64,000 nt of DNA, taken from Haliotis cracherodii. Lineage: Eukaryota. The position numbers were made by a program, and so were the translations under genes. Positions 51,201 through 63,200 of this stretch are shown one piece after another. Location of the stretch: assembly GCF_022045235.1 (NCBI RefSeq), contig NW_027266275.1:80042001-80106000 (forward strand), in the 5' to 3' direction. Within the stretch, counting starts at the first letter, position 1, and each line of letters begins with the position of its first letter. The notes under the pieces are model-generated. The model was not told where the DNA came from and did no database searches. It worked only from the letters and a program-made list of their open reading frames with translations.

Positions 51201-54200
51201 CCTCACCATAGGACTTGAAAGCACGGTGACAAGGACTGACTACACGATCAGGAAACTGACCGTGAAGAATGCCAAGGTATTAAGTTTTCCAATAAGGTAA
51301 AGTCAGGTCAGGTAAGGTAAGGTAGGCGTTATCGCAATTTTGTGATGACTTTATCATGTAACGTATTGTGCCATTAAGTCTTGTTATGCGCTTGACTTAT
51401 TATTAATCGTGTCGTCCTTATATCAACTGATTGTCCTATGTCTAGATTAAGAATAACATGCTTAATAGAAATACCATTATCTGTACAGAAAAGCATAAAT
51501 AAGACTAATTCCTCGTGTCTTTCCCGTCTCTTCATGTTGAATTGTGATTATGTTTTTATACAGGGACTCTGAAAATTAATTCAATAGGCATCAATGTTTT
51601 TCTAACTGACATAATTCTAATAACCAGGGGTCAGAGACGAGAAGGGTCATCCACTTCCAGTTCCTGACCTGGCCAGACCACGATGTCCCATCTGCTCCAG
51701 CTCTGGTCAGCTTCTGGAAGAGGATCAAACAGCTGGACGGTGGAGAGGACCGGCCGTTGCTGGTCCACTGCAGGTGAGAAGTGAACATGAAGGTGGGTTG
51801 GGGTGTGGGGGGTGGGGGGTGGAGAGAAGGTGGTGAGAGATCAGATGGAGTGGTGACGGATGGAAGGAGTGATGGAGAGAAGGTGGTGATAGATCAGATG
51901 GGGTGGCGATGGGTGGAAGGGGCGGTGGAGAGAAGGTGGTGAGAGATCAGATGGGGTTCGCGATGGGTGGAAGGGGCGGTGGAGAGAAGGTGGTGAGAGA
52001 TCAGATGGGGTGGCGATGGGTGGAAGGGGCGGTGGAGAGAAGGTGGTGAGAGATCAGATGGGGTTCGCGATGGGTGGAAGGGGCGGTGGAGAGAAGGTGG
52101 TGAGAGATCAGATGGGGTTCGCGATGGGTGGAAGGGGCGGTGGAGAGAAGGTGGTGAGAGATCAGATGGGGTGGAAGGGGCGGTGGAGAGAAGGTGGTGA
52201 GAGATCAGATGGGGTGGCGATGGGTGGAAGGGGCGGTGGAGAGAAGGTGGTGAGAGATCAGATGGGGTTCGCGATGGGTGGAAGGGGCGGTGGAGAGAAG
52301 GTGGTGAGAGATCAGATGGGGTTCGCGATGGGTGGAAGGGGCGGTGGAGAGAAGGTGGTGAGAGATCAGATGGGGTGGCGATGGGTGGAAGGGGCAGTGG
52401 AGAGAAGGTGGTGAGAGATCAGATGGGGTGGCGATGGGTGGAAGGGGCGGTGGAGAGAAGGTGGTGAGAGATCAGATGGGGTTCGCAATGGGTGGAAGGG
52501 GCGGTGGAGAGAAGGTGGTGAGAGATCAGATGGGGTTCGCGATGGGTGGAAGGGGCGGTGGAGAGAAGGTGGTGAGAGATCAGATGGGGTTCGCGATGGG
52601 TGGAAGGGGCGGTGGAGAGAAGGTGGTGAGAGATCAGATGGGGTTTGCGATGGGTGGAAGGGGCGGTGGAGAGAAGGTGGTGAGAGATCAGATGGGGTTC
52701 GCGATGGGTGGAAGGGGCGGTGGAGAGAAGGTGGTGAGAGATCAGATGGGGTTCGCGATGGGTGGAAGGGGCGGTGGAGAGAAGGTGGTGTGAGATCAGA
52801 TGGGGTTTGCGATGGGTGGAAGGGGCGGTGGAGAGAAGGTGGTGAGAGATCAGATGGGGTGGCGATGGGTGGAAGGGGCGGTGGAGAGAAGGTGGTGAGA
52901 GATCAGATGGGGTGGCGATGGGTGGAAGGGGCGGTGGAGAGAAGGTGGTGAGAGATCAGATGGGGTTCGCGATGGGTGGAAGGGGCGGTGGAGAGAAGGT
53001 GGTGAGAGATCAGATGGGGTTCGCGATGGGTGGAAGGGGCGGTGGAGAGAAGGTGGTGAGAGATCAGATGGGGTGGAAGGGGCGGTGGAGAGAAGGTGGT
53101 GAGAGATCAGATGGGGTGGCGATGGGTGGAAGGGGCAGTGGAGAGAAGGTGGTGAGAGATCAGATGGGGTTCGCGATGGGTGGAAGGGGCGGTGGAGAGA
53201 AGGTGGTGAGAGATCAGATGGGGTGGCGATGGATGGAAGGGGCAGTGGAGAGAAGGTGGTGAGAGATCAGATGGGGTGGCGATGGGTGGAAGGGGCGGTG
53301 GAGAGAAGGTGGTAAGAGATCAGATGGGGTTCGCGATGGGTGGAAGGGGCGGTGGAGAGAAGGTGGTGAGAGATCAGATGGGGTGGCGATGGGTGGAAGG
53401 GGCAGTGGAGAGAAGGTGGTGAGAGATCAGATGGGGTGGCGATGGGTGGAAGGAGTGATGGAGAGAAGGTGGTGAGAGATCAGATGGGGTGGCGATGGGT
53501 GGAAGGGGCGGTAGAGAGAAGGTGGTGAGAGATCAGATGGGGTTCGCGATGGGTGGAAGGAGTGGAGGAGAGAAGGTGGTGAGAGATCAGATGGGGTTCG
53601 CGATGGGTGGAAGGGGCGGTGGAGAGAAGGTGGTGAGAGATCAGATGGGGTTCGCGATGGGTGGAAGGAGTGGTGGAGAGAAGGTGGTGAGAGATCAGAT
53701 GGGGTTCGGGATGGGTGGAAGGGGCGGTGGAGAGAAGGTGGTGAGAGATCGGATGAGGTGGCGATGGGTGGAAGCGGCAGTGGAGAGAAGGTGGTGAGAG
53801 ATCAGATGGGGTTCGCGATGGGTGGAAGGGGCGGTGGAGAGAAGGTGGTGAGAGATCGGATGGGTTGGCGATGGGTGGAAGGGGCAGTGGAGAGAAGGTG
53901 GTGAGAGATCAGATGGGTTGGCGATGGGTGGAAGGGGCAGTGGAGAGAAGGTGGTGAGAGATCAGATGGGGTTCGCGATGGGTGGAAGGGGCGGTGGAGA
54001 GAAGGTGGTGAGAGATCAGATCGGGTGGCGATGGGTGGAAGGGGCAGTGGAGAGAAGGTGGTTAGAGATCAGCTGGGGTGGCGATGGGTGGAAGGAGTGG
54101 AGGAGAGAAGGCGGTGAGAGATGAGATGGGGTGGCGATGGATGGAAGGGGCAGTGGAGAGAAGGTGGTTAGAGATCAGATGGGGTGGCGATGGGTGGAAG

Positions 54201-57200
54201 GGGCGGTGGAGAGAAGGTGGTGAGAGATCAGATGGGGTGGCGATGGGTGGAAGGGGCGGTGGAGAGAAGGTGGTGAGAGATCAGATGGGGTGGCGATGGG
54301 TGGAAGGGGAAGTGGAGAGAAGGTGGTGAGAGATCAGATGGGGTAGCGATGGGTGGAAGGAGAGGAGGAGCGAAGTTGGTGAGAGATCAGATGGGTTGGC
54401 GATGGGTGGAAGTGATGGAGATTAGGTTGTGAGAGACCAGGGCCCACTTGCACAAAGCGATCTTAGCGCTACAACAAACGTAAGCCCATGTTAAAGTATG
54501 GGAGTTACGATCATCTTAGCGCTAAGATCGTCTTGTGCAAGTGGGCCCAGATGGGGTGGCGATAGGTGGAAGGGGCGATGTAGAAGGTGGTGAGAGATCA
54601 GATTGCGTGGCGATGGGTGTGGTTAGAGGTGCTTGAAACTAGTAATGTCCCCTGAAATGTAAGGTGCTTAAATACAATAAGTGATATTGACATTATACTG
54701 GTCAATGAAGGAGTGGTGGAGGTACTAGAGCGAGAGGATGGTGGGTGGTGATCGACGGAAAACACGGTATGTCCTCTGAAATATAAGATACCTGAACTAA
54801 CTGCAATCAGTAACGGTGACCATGAGATACTTGGCATGTTCTAATGTCAGCGCTGGAGTGGGGCGGACGGGGACGTTCATTGCTCTGGACTATCTGATGG
54901 ACCAGGCTGAGGCAGAGCACAGGGTGAACGTGTTCCAGTGTGTGTCAAGGATGAGACAGGCCAGGATGAACATGGTCCAGACCGTGGTGAGTATGCACAC
55001 ATAAACAGTGACAACTACTAACTCTGCCCAGCACAGTCAAACCACACAGAAAATAGTTTGTAACAGTTTCGTATTGGTACATGTACTCTATGGCAAAACC
55101 GGACAACCTTCATAAGATTATGTTGGTCACTACAGGCTTGCTCGCTTCTTTTATGCATGTATTTCAGAATCAATTCGAGTTCGTCCATCTGGCGGTTCTG
55201 GAAGCCCTTGAGAGTAGAGGCACATTCTACAAAATGACTGATTTTGACCGCATTTTCGGAAGTGAGAAAAGTTACAGCAAACAGCAAGACACAAGCTTGA
55301 AGAAGGAATTTAAGGTAGGGTCGTTTCGCAGATAACAAAATTAAAATAAGATCACAATCACAAAAGATTAAAATGATAAAACATATTAAAAGATTGAAGT
55401 TAAAACTTTACAGTTCATTACTCCTAAACGGATCCTCCTTTCTAGCTGAGATTTCAAAAAGAAAAACATCAGCTCGTTCCTTTTATGTATGTTTGTCCTT
55501 TTAGTCAATTCAATTACAAAGACCACAACAGACGGAAAAAGCCATTTCTGATGCGATGCTTCCAGAAAATGTGTCCAAAAACAAGAACAAGGCCATTCTT
55601 CCAGGTATCTAGTTTACATGACGTTTTCTTTGTCGATATAAAACAAAGGTTCCATGATTTGCCGCAAAATGGTAAAGCGCGCGTGACCTTGTGACTGCCT
55701 TTTATCTACCCCCATGATGAAGCCCCCTTTATCAATTATATTTAAATAATTCAATGTAATTGATTTCAGGGAACAAGTCACGGCCTTATTTATCCACCCC
55801 AGTTGAAGGCTACAACAATTACATCAATGCTGTCACTCTACCAGTATGTTAAACATTCATTTTCTTTAATTTGCTATAGATTCACTGCCTACGTCTATAT
55901 GATGTTTGTTGTTTAACGCCGCACTCCGCAATATTCCAGCTGTATGACGGCGGTCTGTAAATAATTGAGTCTGGACCAGACAATCCAGTGATTGAAATCA
56001 TGAACATTGATCTGCAAATTGGGATACGATGGCCAACCAAGTCAGCGAGTCTGACCACCCGATTCCATCAGTCACCTCCTACGACCAGCATGGGTTGTTG
56101 AATACTAACTCGGGTTTTCAAGGGGAAAGTCTATATGATCAAACAAGAGATGTTGATGAGAATAATCAGATGGTATAATTAACCTCTAAACTACAATCCG
56201 AAACATCTGACTAGTTTTGCAGGGAGATGAAAAACAAGATTTCCAACTTTTCTATATGCGTCTAATCTTTGAGGTAGCTTTATTAACTTCAGCTGTCTGA
56301 AATAACCGTACTCATATGTTCTGGTGATTGGCCAATGAGATATTGACATAAATATTTGTAAATATTTCCTTTACCGACTCACAAAGAAATAATACTCATA
56401 TTCCAACTTTCAACGATATTTTATGTGGATTTTCAAAATATCATCCAGTTTCCTCAAAATATATATTTCCTCCACCGCCAGTCCGTGATGAGGTCCTCCA
56501 TGCTGATCGCTACTCAGACGCCCATGGAGAACACCGTGGTGGACTTCTGGAGACTGGTGAACGATCACGACTGCTTCACCATTGTGTGTCTGGATGATTC
56601 CCAGGTGACATGACCAATGTACCCTCATAGCCTCCCTACACACTACGCTACGCTCTATTGAATAGACATTGTTTTAAGTCAAAGAAGTAATGTAAGATGA
56701 GTATTACAATCTTTGTTTAATTTGTATAGTTATGTGATAAATACAGTCCCGGGAAGAAGAGGTACTCAAAGGGCCGTCGTAAGAAGTCACCAGGGTGGTT
56801 ACAATTTGTAACCTGGTAAATTGTTGACATCGGACTCCAATGGCGGTGAGGCTGCGGATTTTGCCTGACCCAGGTTCGATTATTTACAGTCCGCTGTGAT
56901 ATGGCTGGAATATTGTTGAATATGACACTCACTCAATTGCGAATACGATCCGTGAAGATCCGGTGTAGAATAGGTCTTCAAAACCCATTCTTGCTTTAAA
57001 AGACGACTATGCTTGTCGTAAGAGGCGACTAACGGGATCGGGTGGTCAGGCTCGCTGACTTGGTTGATGTATGTCATCGTATCCCAATTGCGTGGATCGA
57101 TGCCCATGTTGTCAGTCACTGGATTGTCTGGTCTAGACTCGATTATTTAAAGACCGCCGCCATATAGTTGTTATATTGCGGCGTTAAACAACAAACAAAC

Positions 57201-60200
57201 AAACAAACAAACAAACAAACTAACAAACGAAGAAACAACGACAACGACACAATGACAGTGACTCACGTGGAATATAGCAACTGATCGGTCTTTAGAATGA
57301 CAATGTTCTGAATTAAAGAGGCCATGATAAATCCAACATAATCTTTCCTTCAGGATGTTGAGCGCCTATACCCTGGCAGCAAGGGGGTCCTCCAAGCAGG
57401 TCCATTCCACATTCAGCATGCCCAAGAAAGAAGTATGGGAAGTTTAACAGAGAAGACCCTGATGCTGACCAATACTAAACAGGTTGGTGGGATGGGGTAG
57501 TCCTTGAGCTTTATCTCGTCACGCCAAAGATCCGGTTTCATGTCCTCCAATGAGTAAACTGTATGAGGTGAATGTTGGGTGTCCACTCTGGCGATATAGC
57601 TGGAATGTTGCTGAAGGTGTTTACTAATTAACTCAGGTGAGATGAGGACAACATTTTGGTTAAGACAAACCGATTGCTCGGACAATTTGCCAAACTGTTC
57701 CAATTATTTTCAAATTTTCATCTTATTTAGAGGTCTGACTATTGCGTTTTTAAAGGAAATTCGGCAGAATGAACAAGGCTGCTGGACGAAGTGACGACAA
57801 TTACTGTAACAAAGATTTATCCCGAGACAACAATGCTATTTCACAAATGTTATATTTGGGATAGGACTTTCTTTGTTAAGTACAGATAGTCGTACTTTTG
57901 GGGGTTGAGTTCCGTTCGGAATTCGAACCCACACTGCCTGAGTGAGTCACCTAATCGCCAGCAGTGGGGGGTCGAATCCCGCAAGGGACTCAACCCCAAA
58001 GGTACGAGAATCTGTACTTTACAAAGAAATTGTTATCCAAAATATAACATTTGTTACATTTGACCACTTTCTAAATGGTATTGTGTGTTCAATGCTATTT
58101 CAGTTCAGCGGTTTTCAAACACGTACGTCGCGAAGTTTCTACTTGCATTGAAATTATACCGATACCGCTTTCGTACGGTCAAATATGTTTGTATGTTTCT
58201 ATGTGTATTCTAACTATTGACTGTAATATATTTCAGCGACGAACTCCTCAGTCTGTCAGTGTCCTGAGTCTTAACTCTCTGCTTGTCTCAATGTCGCGCG
58301 ACACTGCTGGGTTGCTAGAGCTGGTCAACAGAGTGGATACGACACTCAGTCAAGATCAGCACAAAGTTCTCGTCCACTGTGTGTGAGTATCTGATGTTCG
58401 ATATGTTCCTGTAAGGGGATACAGAGAGATATACAAGTGCTGCTTCAGCACCCTCTCGCCACTGAGTCCTCGGTTACACGCGCACACGGAGTGTGGATAC
58501 AGGAGCCGCTGGCACAGTGAACGACGTGTTTGGGAAGACACAAAAGCATCCTGTGCAAAAGCTGAGAGTATCCTACACTTGAATTCTACTCTCACACGTG
58601 ATGATGGTTTCAACATTCGCCCGAAACTCACATCCGATACCGTCGTTACGTCGTTACCTCCCTAGGCTCTGTTACATAAAGCGTATACTTGAACATAGAC
58701 GTACGATTGTCGTTTACTTCCATATCGACCCCTTAAGATCCGGGGTAGAATAGGTCTTCGGCAACCCATGCTTGTCGTAAAAGGCGACTATGCTTGTCGT
58801 AATAGGCGACTAATGTTATCGGAAGGTCAGACTCGCTGACTTGGTTGATGCATGTCATCTTGTCACTATTGTGTGGATCGATCCTCATGATGTCAATCAC
58901 TGGATTGTCTGGTCCATACTCAATTATTACAGACCGCCGTCATATAGCTGGAATATTGCCGAGTGCGGCGTTAAACAACAAACAAACGAACAATATAGAC
59001 GTGCGGCGGTTGTTTCTCTTAGACTTGACCTCAGAACTTTCAACCGTCGTTATTTACCAGACACAACTAGTATGCCAGAACATAGACTGTCACAACCTGC
59101 ATACATAGATGGTGAGGATGTTATTGAACATGATGTTGATTGATGTTTCAGTGACGGTGCCCGGATGTGTGGGGTGTTCTGCGGTGTCCTGAACACCATC
59201 AGCAGATTGAGGCTGGACTCTGTGGTGGACATCTATCTGACCAACAGGGAGCTTCAGTTGGCCAGGCCACAGTTTATACAGGCATTCGTAAGTACAACTT
59301 GAATTGGGAATTTTCGGTATGCCCGTCCATAATGTAACTACAAAACGTCAACGCCAAAGATTAACCAGTCTCGATTATCCGCCGATAACAGATTCCATTG
59401 GACGTCAAAAACGCAAAATCGCGGTGAAAATAATATGGATGGATCACTGAGAATAAGTGATGACGCCAGGTGTTCGCGAAAATGGTGAAATGAACCTCGG
59501 GACGGTATCTTCCGCCACCACACACAATACAAGAAACATGAACGTTTTCCTTCTAATATCATGAACATGACATAATAATAACGGTAACGTTGATATACAT
59601 GCGTACTTTCAGTTTTATAGAAAAAATACACAATAGTATACAGCAATGTTTGACAGTCCTTACAAAGAATATACGGATATATATATATATTCAGTGTACA
59701 TTATTCACATTAGGGGTAGATCTAATATAAACAAGTAGTTGAAACATTTTGTGTTTAATAATGGACACAGTTTAACCTCTGTTGAATGGCGTCGGAACTG
59801 AGTGAGTATAACTGAATGCGTTATATAATTTGAGGCGTAGAAGAAAAAGGATATGAGGATGGAGGAATAAATGAAATGCTAGAAGTAGGCCATGTGCCAC
59901 AGTGAGCTTTGCCACAGGCATCATCACAACCACGTGTACAGTACAACTGCCGTTGAATAGGAAGACCGTATGTCCGTTTTATCCGGGAAGGGCGATAGAC
60001 CAACCGAAACGTTATACGCATGCGTGTGGTGCAGGAAGAGACTCTGAAAGTGAGACCAAAGTCTCTGACGTCAATGGAGGTCGACGCATCTATCTACAGG
60101 AAGTGCTGTGATACGTGTAACGGTAGTACCTCTGCAGCAACGGCGAGCAACCAGTGTCGGTGTCGACATACTGGAAAATGATCAGCAAATAATGTTTGAC

Positions 60201-63200
60201 ACTTTGTGAGTAACATGAACGGATCGTGGACGATCGAAAGTTAAAACGACAGGATTTTCTTGCCATTTCGGCCATGATGAAGACACCGGATCCCTTATCG
60301 TGATGTCCGAAATGAATAGCACTGGCATGGCTCGGTGGCTGGATAGTTTAACGGGAACATGTGGCTATGAGCTTACATTTATATACGCCCAGATAGGAGG
60401 TGTAATTTGATGTCAGTAAACTGAAGAGGGGGGTTGACATTTGACACCTGTCATGATATCTCGTGGCAGTGTTGGGTTAGGTCCGTCTACGAATCCCTGT
60501 GAAAATGTGTTCCTGACTGAAAGACATGCTGCGCATGTAGGTTACTACGACTGTTTACGTTCAGTCTGTCTTTTATAGACAATGACAACACACAGCCATG
60601 TCGTATCAGGTTCTTTACTACATGTGGGAAGTATGTACTGGTATAACATCCTCACTTCAGTGTATAATAAACTACTGTTATAACGAACTCAAAGGGGCCA
60701 CTAATTTTTTCGTAATAACCGTAGTTCGGTATAAGCATATACAACATATATACACCAAATGGCCGGGACTAAAAAATAAGTTCGTTATATCGGCAAGTTC
60801 GTTTTAAGCGTGTTCGTTATAAATACAGTTCACTGTAATTAAAGTTGCGAACCAACAATAACTTCTGGCCTCCGACTCTGTGCTGTTCCGGTCCGGACTA
60901 CCAATTGCATGTTTAGTCATTCAAGTGTTGTTTAAATATAATTTGTTTGTTTCAACTTGAAAGGGATTGAGAAATTGGCCTNNNNNNNNNNNNNNNNNNN
61001 NNNNNNNNNNNNNNNNNNNNNNNNNNNNNNNNNNNNNNNNNNNNNNNNNNNNNNNNNNNNNNNNNNNNNNNNNNNNNNNNNNNNNNNNNNNNNNNNNNNN
61101 NNNNNNNNNNNNAATGCCGATTTTGTAGTGATATCACACTGAGATACCATGCCGCCTACTGACTCCGAGCCGACCAATCCTTGTTTTAGCCCCTTAATGC
61201 CGAGCGCCAGGCAGGGTAACAAATAGTACCATCTTTTAAAGTCTGTTTGTATGACGCGGCCGGGGATCGAACCCCAGATCTTCCGCTCTTCGGTCGGACG
61301 CTCTACCACTAGACAACGGAGGGGGCCCTCCGACACTGGAATATGCGGACAACTCACTTGGGACCGACAGTGAAATAACAAATGAAATAGATTTGATTCT
61401 TTACTTAATGAACACTATATTACACATTGAATAATTCAACATGATTAGCTCACATGTCTGTCCCGATACGTTTGAAATACTGTTAAATAACGGCCTCAGA
61501 CCTGCGCCAGGCAGGGTAACAAAAAGTACTATCTTTTAACGTCTGTTGGTATGACACGGCCGGGGATCGAACCCCTGACACCGATAAACAGTATCGTCGT
61601 GTTTGAGTAGAAGGTAGTTCACATTAACATAATATACCTCATTCCGGTAGGGTAAACATTAACAGTTACTACCTAGAGGGGATGTCGGGTTGAAATAGAT
61701 CGGCAAACTATGCTGGTTGTGAAAGGCGACACAATGATGGATCGGTTGTACAAAGTGGGTGAGTTGGTTGGCGGAGTCATTGCGCCTGGAACGTTGCTCA
61801 TGATATCAATCACTGTTTTTTTCGGGTCCAGATTCTTAAATTTTACAGACCGCTGTCATATGCCTGGAAACAGCGTTTTTTAAATACCACACAAACACAA
61901 TTGATAGAAGCAACTGAAACGTTCGTATAATATCCACAGCCGCTTCCCATAAAGGTAGTTTGTGGTGGAGAGGCGGTAGAGCGGTGGTGGAGCGGTGGTA
62001 GAGTGGTGGTAGAGTGGTGGTAGAGCGGTGGTAGAGTGGTGGTAGAGTGGTGGTAGAGTGGTGGTAGAGTGGTGGTAGAGCGGTGGTAGAATGGTGGTAG
62101 AGAGGTGGTTGAGTGGTGGTAGAGCGGTGGTAGAGCGGTGGTAGAGTGGTGGTAGAGTGGTGGTAGAGTGGTGGTAGAGCGGTGGTAGATCGGTGGTGGA
62201 GTGGTGGTGGAGCGGTGGTAGAGTGGTGGTAGAGCGGTGGTAGAGCGGTGGTAGAGCGGTGGTAGAGTGGTGGTAGAGCGGTGGTAGAGCGGTGGTAGAG
62301 TGGTGGTAGAGCGGTGGTAGAGCGGTGGTAGAGCGGTGGTAGAGTGGTGGTAGATCGGTGGTAGAGCGGTGATAGAGCGGTGGTAGAGTGGTGGTAGAGC
62401 GGTGGTAGAGCCGTGGTAGAGCGGTGGTAGAGTGGTGGTAGAGTGGTGGTGGAGTGGCGGTAGAGCGGTGGTAGAGCGGTGGTAGAGTGGTTGTAGAGCG
62501 GTGGTAGAGAGGTGGTAGTGCAGTGGTAGAGAGGTGGTAGAGCGGTGGTAGAGGGGTGGTAGAGTGGTGGTAGAGCGGTGATAGTGCGGTGGTAGAGTGG
62601 TTGTAGAGCGGTGGTAGAGAGGTGGTAGAGCGGTGGTAGAGCGGTGGTAGAGAGGTGGTAGAGGGGTGGTAGAGAGGTGGTAGAGCGGTGGTAGAGCGGT
62701 GGTAGAGAGGTGGTAGAGAGGTGGTAGTGCAGTGGTAGAGCGGTGGTAGAGTGGTGGTAGAGAGGTGGTAGAGCGGTGGTAGAGCGGTGGTAGAGCGGTG
62801 GTAGAGTGGTGGTAGAGTGGTCGTGGAGTGGCGGTAGAGCGGTGGTAGAATGGTGGTAGAGAGGTGGTAGAGAGGTGGTAGTGCAGTGGTAGAGCGGTGG
62901 TAGAGTGGTGGTAGAGAGGTGGTAGAGCGGTGGTAGAGCGGTGGTAGAGCGGTGGTAGAGTGGTGGTAGAGTGGTCGTGGAGTGGCGGTAGAGCGGTGGT
63001 AGAGTGGTGGTAGAGTGGTCGTGGAGTGGCGGTAGAGCGGTGGTAGAGTGGTGGTAGAGCAGTGGTAGAGAGGTGGTAGTGCGGTGGTAGAGCGGTGGTA
63101 GAGCGGTGGTAGAGCGGTGGTAGAGTGGTGGTAGAGCGGTGATAGTGCGGTAATACCACTGGCTCGACCATGAGAAGGGATTGTCTACGGATAACAATCA

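Noticed and set aside
52010-54329. Gly/Arg-rich RGG-like ORFs ([18 protein letters not shown])n
   Set aside because: Intronic 53/54 bp minisatellite. Unit-length variation repeatedly shifts the frame.
61836-63197. 453 aa and 442 aa Pro/Thr/His-rich extensin- or mucin-like ORFs on the minus strand
   Set aside because: Translation of an 11 bp minisatellite, open in several frames, within the last intron of gene B.
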